Source of the DNA: Deltaproteobacteria bacterium TL4
Lineage (GTDB): Bacteria; SAR324; NAC60-12
Direction: 5' to 3'
Assembly: GCA_051382335.1 (NCBI GenBank)
Contig: JBBCAX010000423.1
Coordinates: forward strand, 1-28,492
Length of the DNA stretch: 28,492 nt
Made by a program: the position numbers and the translations under genes. Under the pieces are notes generated by a model that worked only from the letters and a program-made list of their open reading frames with translations, did no database searches and was not told the DNA's origin. Of this stretch, positions 18,944-28,365 are shown piece by piece. Position 1 is the stretch's first letter, and each line of letters opens with the position of its first letter.

Positions 18944-20224
18944 ATTGAGTATCATCTCAAGGATTCTGGCGCCATAGCCTACTTTTGCTTTCAAGGAACG
19001 CCCGAATTGCCAATGGGCGAATTTGGCTGGAAAGCCTTTTCTGATACGGAAACCTGTGAACATTTCTGGATGATTACGGCAAATCCCGCAAGTCCCTCTC
19101 CCATTCAGGGGACTCAGACCATGGGAATGCTGATGAATGGAAAATCCCCTGTTTTCAATAATGTCGACACCAACTCCAATGATACCGCGGTGATCCTGTA
19201 CACCTCCGGCACAACGGGACATCCCAAAGGCGCAGAACTCACGCATTCCAATCTTCTGCTGAATATTCTTGTCGCACGGGACCTTTTTCAAAGTAAGCAT
19301 GATGATATTCAATTGGTGGTCTTGCCCTTATTTCATTCTTTTGGACAAGTCGTACAAATGAACACCGGTTTTCTTGCGGGACATACTTTGGTGTTGGTGC
19401 CTCGTTTTGAACCCGAAACTGTCTTCCGACTCTTGGAAAAAGAAAACATCACCATTTTTTGTGGTGTTCCTACCATGTATTGGGCCTTGCTCCATTATCC
19501 CAATGCGGATCAATTCGATCATGCGAAAATTCGCAAAAATTTACGTCTTGGGGCCTCAGGGGGTGCTTCCCTGCCTGTCGAAATTATGAGAGCATTTGAA
19601 GAAAAATATGGTGTCCCCATCGTAGAAGGTTATGGACTTTCTGAAACTTCTCCTGTCGCGACCTTCAATAGTTTGAGTAAAGAACGCAAGCCCGGTTCTG
19701 TGGGAACAGCGGTCTGGGGGGTTGATGTAAGAATATTTGATCAGCATGATAAGGAAGTGGCCACCGGTGAAGTGGGGGAAATTGTGATACGCGGGCATAA
19801 TGTCATGAAAGGCTATTACCAGCGTCTGGAGGCAACCAATGAAGCGATGCGTAATGGCTGGTTTCATTCCGGCGACTTGGGTAAAAAGGATGCGGAGGGG
19901 TATTTCTACATCGTCGATCGTATCAAAGACATGATCATCCGGGGCGGTTATAATGTCTATCCTCGTGAGATAGAAGAACTCTTAATCACCCACCCCGCAA
20001 TTTCTCTGGCGGCGGTTATTGGTGTGCCTGATGAAGTTCATGGCGAAGAAATCAGAGCCTTTGTGGTTCTCAAAGAAAAAATGGTGGTTACCAGTGAAGA
20101 AATCATCTCCTGGTGTAAAGAACGATTGGCAAATTACAAGTATCCCCGCATTGTCACAATCAGTGAACGTTTGCCAATGACCGCAACCGGTAAAATCTTA
20201 AAAAGAGAACTCCGTGTCGATTAA
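18944..20224 (+). pseudogene. Long-chain fatty acid--CoA ligase, N-terminally truncated
   Basis: YTSGTTGHPKG, EGYGLSETSP, WFHSGD, DRIKDMIIRGG and TATGKILK are intact. Family-like sequence begins at IEYHLKDSGA (18944), with an in-frame TAA at 18914-18916 and no start codon; roughly 90 N-terminal residues are missing. Confidence 0.8.
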
Positions 20225-20277
20225 TTGTTTTAAACCCCAATGGGGATAGTGTTTCTGGCACCCACGGTGCCCCTCTC

Positions 20278-21279
20278 TCAAGAGATGGACTTTTTTTCGG
20301 CCAACGGCGGTTTGCTATAACGCCTCTCTTTGGCAAGGTTTTCCTGTCGCAACGAAATCATTGTGAAGTTTTCCAAGTGATGCGCCAGATTATGCGTGAG
20401 GTCACTCAATAAGGCCCTCTGCTCCTCCGAAAAATGAAAGGTGGGGTCATAATGCGAAAGGGTGACTAGCCCGATAGATTTTCCCCTTGAAACCAAAGGT
20501 GCCGCCAGTTGTTGAAGATATTTGCGCCCAAAATGTAGTTTTTCAGTAAGGTCATTTTGAAAAGGTGCCAGTGTTTCTTTATCAAAAAGCTGACATTGTT
20601 GCTGCACAAAAACATCGAAGGTATATAATCGATGCTTGTCGACTTCAATTTCAAAAGTTTTTACATATTCTGGATTTAATCCGAAATGTGCCAAAAACTC
20701 CAAGGTGCGATTATCGTTGTTGTATAATAAAACAGAACCGGAACCTGAGGGCGTCATGTATAAAACGGTTTTTTCCAAAAAGACTTGAGCCGCAGCCTGC
20801 ACATTCAAACATAGGCTGACTTCCTTGGTGACCTCATTGATAAACTTTAAACGTTGACGATCCAGTTCTAAACTGGATGTTCGCTTTTGCAGCGCGCTGT
20901 TGGTGATTTCGTTGGCATACTGAAGATCTTCTCTCAACTTTCGCCGAAGATTGATTTCTTCCTCAAAAACATCAACCGTCTTTTTGGCAGAGTAAGCAAA
21001 AACACACAGGCAACAGGGACCCAGAAAAAGAATACCGACCATTAAATAATGGAGTGTCCGTTCCATTCCATGCCAGGCCGACCACCAACATCCCAAGTAT
21101 CCCAGGATGAAGACGGCATTCAAACTCAACATGAGTTTCCAATAACTTGAAAGTTCAAGTTTGGACAGTCGTTGAAGGGCCTTGTTCCCAAGCGACCAGG
21201 ATAACAGCATTACCAAAATTCCAAAGATAAGTGGAATGTTGATCAACAGGAAAGTCTCATTCAACTCTAAATCACTCAT
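20278..21279 (-). CDS. Membrane protein with 3 TM helices, a coiled coil and a GAF domain
   Basis: Three hydrophobic segments, then GSVLLYN...LEFLAHFG and LAAPLVSRGKSIGLVTL...FSEEQRALL..L; AAGGA RBS. Confidence 0.8.
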   Translation of the reverse strand: MSDLELNETFLLINIPLIFGILVMLLSWSLGNKALQRLSKLELSSYWKLMLSLNAVFILGYLGCWWSAWHGMERTLHYLMVGILFLGPCCLCVFAYSAKKTVDVFEEEINLRRKLREDLQYANEITNSALQKRTSSLELDRQRLKFINEVTKEVSLCLNVQAAAQVFLEKTVLYMTPSGSGSVLLYNNDNRTLEFLAHFGLNPEYVKTFEIEVDKHRLYTFDVFVQQQCQLFDKETLAPFQNDLTEKLHFGRKYLQQLAAPLVSRGKSIGLVTLSHYDPTFHFSEEQRALLSDLTHNLAHHLENFTMISLRQENLAKERRYSKPPLAEKKSIS

Positions 21280-21664
21280 CTAATTCCTTCCAATCAGAGC
21301 ATAAATCCACTTAAATCAGGCTCGAGTCTCTTCTCGAACATTAAAATCGTTTCCATGCGGGGGAATTGCCAATTGAGGGGCGTCTGAAAAGAACAAGACG
21401 TTTCCCCTTCCACGTGCGAACGATACCTCTCAGCAGCGGTTTCAACGGGGCAAAAGGCGAGCTCCTTTTGGGAGAAACATTCGTCACTGAGGCGTCTCTA
21501 TTCAGGATATGAACAAAATCAGCTAAAAAATCCATACAAATTATTTCCAATTTGCTTTTGATTTTGTATAGATCAAGGAGGTGGTGTGTTTGGAGCCTTT
21601 TTCTACAGACTCTAAATAGATCAATTGTTGGAATTTTTGTTAACTTCATTGAAGAGGAATCACT

Positions 21665-22387
21665 ATGATTAAGAATAGCAGAATTTTTTTAAAAACGGGC
21701 CCCCTTGTGATGTGTTTGATGTTCCTACTTTCATTAGTAGTTTCAAAGGTGGGAATAGCCGCGGAATGGAAATTATTGGAAGAAAAGGAAGGCATTCAAG
21801 TGTGGGCCCAAGCCGTTGAAGGCTCACAGTATCAAAAGTTTAAAGCCTCCTTAAATATCAAAGCGACCATTGATAGCATCATGGGGGTTATGGATGACGC
21901 GTCCGCATGTCCTCATTGGGTTCACCAGTGTAAGGAACAAACCGTCCTCAAATGTGTGAGTTTTTTAGAGCGTTATAATTATCAGATCACAGACCTTCCC
22001 TGGCCTGTTGATGATCGGGACTCCATTTATCATGTATTGATTGTCCCGGATCCTGCTAATAAGCAAGTGACCTTCCAGTTATCAGGAAAAGCAGACTATA
22101 AGCCCAAAGAGGACGCTTATATTCGGGTCGCCTCAATGGAAGGCAGCTATGTTTTTAAAATAATTTCAGAAAATGAAGTCAATGTCACCTGGGAACAGCA
22201 CGTCGAGCCAGGAGGGAATGTTCCTGGTTGGTTGGTCAATCAAATGATTGTGGAGTTGCCTTTTAAAACCTTGGCAAAATTAAGAGAACTTGTCGCAAAG
22301 GAACCTTATAAAAGCGCAAAGTTAAAATATGATGATCAAATGATGCCTACCGGCTTTACGGTCAAGGGCTGGAAATCTTGCGAGTAA
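21665..22387 (+). CDS. Secreted START-domain (lipid-binding) protein
   Basis: Signal peptide, W.L..EKEGIQVW, LPWPVDDRD, EPGGNVPGWLVN; GAGGA RBS. Confidence 0.88.
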   Translation: MIKNSRIFLKTGPLVMCLMFLLSLVVSKVGIAAEWKLLEEKEGIQVWAQAVEGSQYQKFKASLNIKATIDSIMGVMDDASACPHWVHQCKEQTVLKCVSFLERYNYQITDLPWPVDDRDSIYHVLIVPDPANKQVTFQLSGKADYKPKEDAYIRVASMEGSYVFKIISENEVNVTWEQHVEPGGNVPGWLVNQMIVELPFKTLAKLRELVAKEPYKSAKLKYDDQMMPTGFTVKGWKSCE

Positions 22388-22396
22388 CCTAAGGAT

Positions 22397-22434
22397 CTCA
22401 AACCTCCTTCAGCCTTACTAAAAGGAGGTTTGAG
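22397..22434. terminator. Hairpin after the START gene
   Basis: 13-bp inverted repeat CTCAAACCTCCTT / AAGGAGGTTTGAG; weak U-tail. Confidence 0.5.
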
Positions 22435-22524
22435 CGGCGTATCTTTCAGCATTTATTGATCTCTCCTCAAGTCTCTCTTGAAACTGACTTCAAAATCCTA
22501 TAGAAGTGCTCCATTAAAAATAGA

Positions 22525-22709
22525 ACGCCCTTCAATAACAGTGAATTGTCACTGACCGTTTACTCCAACCGCTTCCGGTTCAGCATCCCTGTCAGGGAAT
22601 CCCAATTTTTCAGACTCTGCCTGATCTTGCGAGACAGAGCCTCGATTGTTGACTTGACGAGGCCGAACCACGTCACGGAATGAATGGTAAACTGGAATTT
22701 GAAGGGTGT
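22525..22709 (-). ncRNA. Candidate structured RNA of unrecognised family
   Basis: Nested stems close a junction that carries three hairpins; G-U wobbles and a GCAA loop favour the minus strand for the core. Confidence 0.4.
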
Positions 22710-22805
22710 CAAAAATATCTTTCTATTCATAATTTCCGAGAGAAAGCTCGCGAAATATGGTTTTTTGAATAAGAAAACACCGCTATGACATGATGATAAT
22801 AAAAA

Positions 22806-23561
22806 ATGACTAGAATAAATACTAATTTACCTGAATGGATGAATAAAAGTTTTATGACCAACCTTTTGTCCGTTGGCCTGATTATGGTTGGTTTCCTGTT
22901 AGAAGAACCCCTGAGACAACCGGTCTTGTTTACGGGGTTGTTTGCCTTGTCGGGCGCGATCACAAACTGGATCGCCATTTACATGCTGTTTGATAAAGTC
23001 CCTGGACTTTATGGCTCAGGCGTCGTCCCTGCGCACTTTGAAGATTTCAAACGAGGAATCCATAACTTGATTATGAATCAATTCTTCACCCGTGAAAATG
23101 TGGAGAATTTCTTTTCCAACACCGCCTCAACCTCCAAGAGCATTTCAATTGATTTAAGCCCCATCATTAATGCTGTTGACTTGAGTACAGCCTTTGACTC
23201 TTTAGTTTCCACAATCAAGGAGTCTCCGTTTGGCGGAATGCTTGGAATGTTAGGTGGTGAAGGCGCCTTGGAACCCCTGAAAGAACCTTTTTTCAAAAAA
23301 ATGAAACAGTTTTTGGTTGAACTGTCACAAAGCGAACCCTTTCAAAAAAATATTCGGATTCAATTGGGAAATTCATCGGCGACCGAAGATATTTTGAATA
23401 AAGTAAAAAACATTGTCCAACGGCGTTTGGACGAACTCACGCCTAAAATGGTCAAAGATATCATCCAGGAGATGATGCGGAAACATTTAGGGTGGCTTGT
23501 GGTCTGGGGCGGTGTTTTTGGCGGATTAATTGGTCTGGTCACCGCATTTATCCCGTGGTGA
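22806..23561 (+). CDS. DUF445-family membrane protein
   Basis: GLFALSGAITNWIAIYMLFDKVPGLYGSGV and C-terminal HLGWLVVWGGVFGGLIG. Confidence 0.88.
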   Translation: MTRINTNLPEWMNKSFMTNLLSVGLIMVGFLLEEPLRQPVLFTGLFALSGAITNWIAIYMLFDKVPGLYGSGVVPAHFEDFKRGIHNLIMNQFFTRENVENFFSNTASTSKSISIDLSPIINAVDLSTAFDSLVSTIKESPFGGMLGMLGGEGALEPLKEPFFKKMKQFLVELSQSEPFQKNIRIQLGNSSATEDILNKVKNIVQRRLDELTPKMVKDIIQEMMRKHLGWLVVWGGVFGGLIGLVTAFIPW

Positions 23562-23648
23562 AGGATGACATCCCAGCGGTCAGAGCGAAACTCCGATGAC
23601 GCCTATCTTGATCAGGTATGAACCTTTCGTTTGGCAGATGAGGGACTC

Positions 23649-24368
23649 ATGGAAACTTTCAAGCTTCTCAATCAGAAAACCATTAGCATCATGAGCGATG
23701 CTCGTCTCTGGGAAATGATTGCTAACGACTTCAGATTCACACACTTACACAAAATGTATAAAACTGAAAACTTTGATTACATCAGTGGTGATGAAGAGGG
23801 GTTATTCGATCATTTGAATGAGTATGACCGCTTATCGGCAACGGATACCGGTAATTGTATCCTCTTGGTGGCCTCTCTTTTTTTTATGGAGTTTTTTTTG
23901 AGGGTTGCTCATGCGGATAATGAACTGGATACGAAAGAAATCATGTCCTTAACGCATAACACAGCGTATTCCCCAGGAATCTTTCACACAGACTTAGCCG
24001 GTAAAGTAATCGAGAATTTTCATTCCAACGCTATCAACATCCACAAAGCCAAAGCGGCACATCATGCCTCGATTTTACCTATTGCCAAATTCGTTCTGAT
24101 GCTTCAGGTCATGTATGAACACGGAATTTTTCCCAATCAACAGATTTTTTTAAACTACATGAACTTCTTTTCCTTAGATCTTATGTTTTTCAACAGTACC
24201 ACCGCTTATGCTTCAGGAGAAGGGGTGCTGGCTTTAATTTCCTCAAACTTCAATAAAAGTCCTGAAGAAGAAGCGGCCGCAAACAGTGGTATTGATGTGT
24301 TTGTAAAAACGCTAAACAATAAGTTTCCATTTAAAGTTATTGGAAACCCCGCCAATTATTATATCTAA
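23649..24368 (+). CDS. Hypothetical protein with TerB-like motifs
   Basis: ATG 23649 with a GAGGGA RBS; VAHADNELDTKEI and AYASGEG...SPEEEAA resemble the two TerB-fold acidic loops. Confidence 0.6.
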   Translation: METFKLLNQKTISIMSDARLWEMIANDFRFTHLHKMYKTENFDYISGDEEGLFDHLNEYDRLSATDTGNCILLVASLFFMEFFLRVAHADNELDTKEIMSLTHNTAYSPGIFHTDLAGKVIENFHSNAINIHKAKAAHHASILPIAKFVLMLQVMYEHGIFPNQQIFLNYMNFFSLDLMFFNSTTAYASGEGVLALISSNFNKSPEEEAAANSGIDVFVKTLNNKFPFKVIGNPANYYI

Positions 24369-24449
24369 CCCAAGTTGTTCCGTGCCAACGCTCCCAAGTT
24401 ACCAAGTGACAGCGATTCAATAAAATGTGAAAACAAAAAAATATTTTTA

Positions 24450-24465
24450 TGGCATAATGCTTGCT
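24450..24465 (+). promoter_or_regulatory. Sigma54 (-24/-12) promoter
   Basis: TGGCATAATGCTTGCT gives GG-N10-GC and matches TGGCA-N6-TTGCW; AT-rich tract upstream; about 100 bp before the barrel gene. Confidence 0.7.
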
Positions 24466-24568
24466 CGTTTTGGTTGAAAGGAACAGGATCACTATTCATC
24501 GTAAACAACAGGCATTTTAAACAGTTTCAACGCTGACTTCCACTATCTGCGATTATCGCAAGATCACT

Positions 24569-25219
24569 ATGAGCTTTATTAAGATGACCATCGGCAAAAA
24601 ATTCATCCTTGCCCTGACAAAAGGGGTATTGCTGTTTGTGCTTGGGGCGATTGGGGCAGGCACAGGTTTAGCACAGGAAAAGAGTAATGACGCACAACTC
24701 AGCGATGACCCTCCGGCAAGAACCTACCGGGCAATGGGGGGCGGGATCGGGTTATGGCACGTTCCTGAAGATGCGGACTTTGAGCGTAATGAGGCCTCTC
24801 CGTTGGAAGTGTTTGTGGATTTGGGCTTGGCGGGTAAATTTATGAAACTTCGTGCCGGTCTTAATTATGCTCAATCCCAGATGGAATTATCGATTTTGGA
24901 TAAACCCATTCTGCATACCTTAACAACTCAAAGTATTTACCTTGCCTATCGTTATTCAACGGAGCTTAACGCAAAAATAGAAACGTTTGCGATAGCGGGG
25001 ATGGCCTACATGCTGTCCGAATTGAAGTTTAGCAAAGGTTTGGGTTCTGAGTCCAGTTCCGGTATTGGCATGATTTTCGGATTGGGAGTGCTCTATAACC
25101 TGGAGCCTATTGAAGTGGGAATGCAATACATTTTGTTAACCCGTAATGGTGAGTTTAGAGGTGTTTCTCTCGCAACAGGATCGAATCAGGTTCAACTCAT
25201 TGCAAGACGTCAATTCTGA
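24569..25219 (+). CDS. Small outer-membrane beta-barrel protein
   Basis: Signal peptide ending GLA-Q, about 8 amphipathic Gly/aromatic strands, C-terminal Phe (ARRQF). Confidence 0.8.
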   Translation: MSFIKMTIGKKFILALTKGVLLFVLGAIGAGTGLAQEKSNDAQLSDDPPARTYRAMGGGIGLWHVPEDADFERNEASPLEVFVDLGLAGKFMKLRAGLNYAQSQMELSILDKPILHTLTTQSIYLAYRYSTELNAKIETFAIAGMAYMLSELKFSKGLGSESSSGIGMIFGLGVLYNLEPIEVGMQYILLTRNGEFRGVSLATGSNQVQLIARRQF

Positions 25220-25260
25220 TGGTTAATTTAAGTTCAGGTGTTCCTTTTTTCAGGTAAGTT

Positions 25261-27030
25261 ATGAAAGTTGATCATGTTTTCTTGAAGGTGGGGGTGTTCG
25301 GTTTTCTAATACTTTTTTCAGGGTGCCAGCAGGATACCGATTCGCGGGAAAATTTAGCAAAGAGTGATCTGATCCAAGATAGGGTACAGGTCGTCGGTTT
25401 TAATCTCAATGAGAAAAGTCTGGTAAAAGGGGCTTATAAAATCAGCTTAACCCAGAAAAAAAGTTTTGACTCCAACTACTGGGATTGGAATGAAATGGGC
25501 TTCGAAGGCGCGGCAACAATTCCCTTTTTGGAAAATAAAAATCAGACCATTTCCCTGATTCAATATTTAGAGGCACCTTCACAGGATGAGCTCTCGTATC
25601 AAGGGCTTTATGTCATTAACAGCTCGCCTAATTATGCTTACCTTGAGAATCCCCTTTTTGCGGACGGAAGTGTTTCCAATAAGCTGTCCCGATTCAAGGG
25701 GGTTCGCCCCAAGCCGATTACAGAACGAATCATCACCCCCCAAGATAAGGATGGAATAGAGGTCCCCGACAAACACGTGACGACCTGGAGTCATGAGTAT
25801 GATGTAACGACAGGTCTTCCCAGCAAAAGCACCAAGGAAGTAAAAATTCTGTCTTCAGAAAATGTAGTTGAAGATCAGTTCATTGAGAAACACGATTACA
25901 CCTACGCCGTGGACCCCTTTGGCGAGAACTTTTATCAAAATTCCCATGTCTTCTATAGTCAGGGTTCTTTAGAGCCTACTTTCACTTTTACAGAACAAAG
26001 AATGCGTGCAGACAACAGCACTTTGGTCATGGATACCCGTGACTATGCTTGTAAAAATGCCAATGGTGATATCTCCGATAGCTGCGATCAGGGCTTTGCT
26101 CGAAAAACAGAAATCACCCTTACCGACAAAAAGACCGACGAAATCGTTATCAACAAGGCCTTGTATTCAGGGAAAAATAACTCAACCGAATATTTTCGTG
26201 AAGTGACTGAAGAACGGTATCACAGTTTGAGCAGTGGATTGCTTAAGAAAAAAACAAAGTGGATCTTTAGTAAATTGAGTGACAGTAGCACTTCAACCAT
26301 TATCAGTACCTACAAATACAATGACAAAGGACAACTCCTTCAGGAAACTACTTCTAATAACTCAGTGTTTCAGCAAAAAGATACTATTTATGACAATGAT
26401 GACCAAGGAAGAAGCAAAGCGGTTAATATTTACAATGAAAATGCACAATTAATTTATAGCGTTAGTTACACCTTTGACGATTTACATAGAAAAACCTCCA
26501 GAGACGTCAAAGCCACATTGACCTCGGTTATATGCAGTGACGAGACGATTCAGGAAAAATCAGTGTCTCTTGCCGGGGGTAAGACGGAGTACGAGTATGG
26601 TGACTCAGGAACTCATAAAATTTTCACCAAAACGCTCTATAATTGTATCAATGGTGGGGTTGCCAATAATCCGAGTACACGATTCGTGTTTACCTACAAT
26701 GCGCTGGGACAAAGGATCCAAAAACAAACTTACCTTTTTAATGAGAAACGCGAATCTTTAGTTTTGTCACAACAAACTGATTTCGAATATAATACCGATG
26801 GAACCCTGGCGAAAACGCAATATTACCTGATCGATAACGAGGGCAACCCGACTCCCGCCAATTATGTCGGTTACGAATATGATGTGAATTTATTCAGAAG
26901 TGCGACAAAATATTACGATATTGAAAATAACCTATGTAATGGTCCTTCTGTGAATAAAGCAGGATCCTGTGGGGTTTTATGCTCGAGTTCCTCCTTTTGT
27001 TACGCTCTTTATAACTATACTTACCGATAA
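25261..27030 (+). CDS. Lipoprotein with YD/RHS-like repeats
   Basis: Lipobox LFSG-C22; repeats such as YKYNDKGQL, YTFDDLHR, FTYNALGQR, FEYNTDGTL and YEYDVNLFR; 8 further Cys. Confidence 0.8.
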   Translation: MKVDHVFLKVGVFGFLILFSGCQQDTDSRENLAKSDLIQDRVQVVGFNLNEKSLVKGAYKISLTQKKSFDSNYWDWNEMGFEGAATIPFLENKNQTISLIQYLEAPSQDELSYQGLYVINSSPNYAYLENPLFADGSVSNKLSRFKGVRPKPITERIITPQDKDGIEVPDKHVTTWSHEYDVTTGLPSKSTKEVKILSSENVVEDQFIEKHDYTYAVDPFGENFYQNSHVFYSQGSLEPTFTFTEQRMRADNSTLVMDTRDYACKNANGDISDSCDQGFARKTEITLTDKKTDEIVINKALYSGKNNSTEYFREVTEERYHSLSSGLLKKKTKWIFSKLSDSSTSTIISTYKYNDKGQLLQETTSNNSVFQQKDTIYDNDDQGRSKAVNIYNENAQLIYSVSYTFDDLHRKTSRDVKATLTSVICSDETIQEKSVSLAGGKTEYEYGDSGTHKIFTKTLYNCINGGVANNPSTRFVFTYNALGQRIQKQTYLFNEKRESLVLSQQTDFEYNTDGTLAKTQYYLIDNEGNPTPANYVGYEYDVNLFRSATKYYDIENNLCNGPSVNKAGSCGVLCSSSSFCYALYNYTYR

Positions 27031-27082
27031 TCCTGTCATCTCTCAATTTCAGAAGGGGTAATCATTCCAACCAGGAAAAAAC

Positions 27083-27455
27083 ATGAAAAAATTTTTGATG
27101 ATTTTGTAGCTTGTCACCCATGGGTTCTCTGTCGTTTGGGGACAAGCCCTCTGATTGAGAGCTCCAAGGGACATCAGAAGTTTTAGCCTCATTGAATATT
27201 TTTGACTTAAAACCAGGCTGGTGGGCTTATTTTGAAAACACTAATGAGCAACAATTCCAAACCCGTGTCAGTGCACTCAAACCGGATCTGCTCAATTGGA
27301 TACTGGGCCTCTCCACGAACGAACAAGAGTTGATGGTTCCTGTGATCCATCAAATTGAAAGCAACCTGAACCTCCTGCCTCGTCTCAAAACGCAAACCCT
27401 CCCGGATTTTTCCTCAACTCGTGCTTTTATAGAGAAATATTCGTATCCTGTTTAA
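27083..27455 (+). pseudogene. Degraded gene for a probable secreted protein
   Basis: AGGA RBS then MKKFLMIL*LVTHGFSVVWGQAL*, a signal peptide broken by stops, followed by the 87-aa ORF at 27192-27455. Confidence 0.4.
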
Positions 27456-27474
27456 ATTCCAGGGTAAACGTTGA

Positions 27475-27737
27475 TTATTCATAAACCCTCTTTATTAAAG
27501 ACTTTACAACTTTTTTATAAACACCTTTTCCGTGGGCTGTGAAAAAGTGTATTTCCGCAATCCAAATATTTCGTTATCAGGTAATTCAATTTTAGCAGTT
27601 CATTTTTTATAAAGCCATTTTGCTTTTCCGAACTTTTGATTTAGCTCATCACGAACATAAGCATTTTTTACTTTACCGATGACCTCAATATCGGTTATCT
27701 CGCTCAACCTTTTATAACAGATTTTAAATAGAGGCAT
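27475..27737 (-). pseudogene. Small toxin-like protein pseudogene (AEIH...AHG.G family)
   Basis: MPLFKICYKRLSEITDIEVIG...FGKAKWLYKK*TAKIELPDNEI / IAEIHFFTAHGKGVYKKVVK; TGA at 27600-27602 plus a frameshift near 27565. Confidence 0.55.
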
Positions 27738-27962
27738 GGTCTTCTTCTATCATGATGGTTCTTCCTTTGTTTGAAGTGCTGAACTAGGACCCAAGGTTTG
27801 GAGGATCGGCAGACCAACAATGTACGTCTAAAAAGCCGATGCCATCACGAATATTACAAATTGTCGAAAAAAAGCGTGGATCTGTCGTACAATCAACGCC
27901 AAGTTGGGCCGGTATCTACCTCAGTTAGTTGTTTTTGAACACTATTTTGTTCTACCAGTCTG

Positions 27963-28364
27963 TCACGGAATAATAACTAATTTTGGTCTTAAAGACGGAT
28001 CGTCCATGTAATCCGAACTGTAAATGTTATTCCAACGATTATTTGTTTCAGTAGGACGTAACTGAACGCCATAATTCGAAAACAATCCAGACTGCCAATC
28101 ATTGTATAGTTCTGTGATATTGATGATAATCCATGTATTGGGAGTCGGTGCTGAGAATTGGGATATGTTAGTGAATGCTGGTTTGCTAGACCAATTGGTT
28201 GTTTCATCCCAAAGCGTTTCAATTCGGTCAAGATTTAAAGCGACATTACCACTTGAACCAGAACCGGAAGGATAACAATATAAATAAATTTGGGCTGAAG
28301 CAACATTTTTAGGCAAACTCGTTAAATCAAATTTTATCAATGCATAGTAACTATCTCCCCACCC
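27963..28364 (-). pseudogene. C-terminal fragment of a DNRLRE-domain extracellular protein
   Basis: GWGDSYYALIKFDLTSLP...A.IYLY...WDET..W...P...W..INITELYNDW..G...NYG..L...SSD....LRPKLVI; no native start or signal peptide. Confidence 0.7.
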
Positions 28365-28365
28365 T

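Noticed and set aside
21341..21649. 102-aa minus-strand ORF
   Set aside because: Spans the divergent promoter region, with no motifs or clear RBS.
4140..22387. MMPL, acyl-CoA ligase and START genes as one lipid-trafficking system
   Set aside because: Not adjacent or co-oriented, and separated by unrelated operons and a probable breakpoint.
25261..27455. Classical Rhs toxin-immunity pair
   Set aside because: No PxxxxDPxG core end or toxin domain; the protein has a lipobox and the downstream ORF is degraded.
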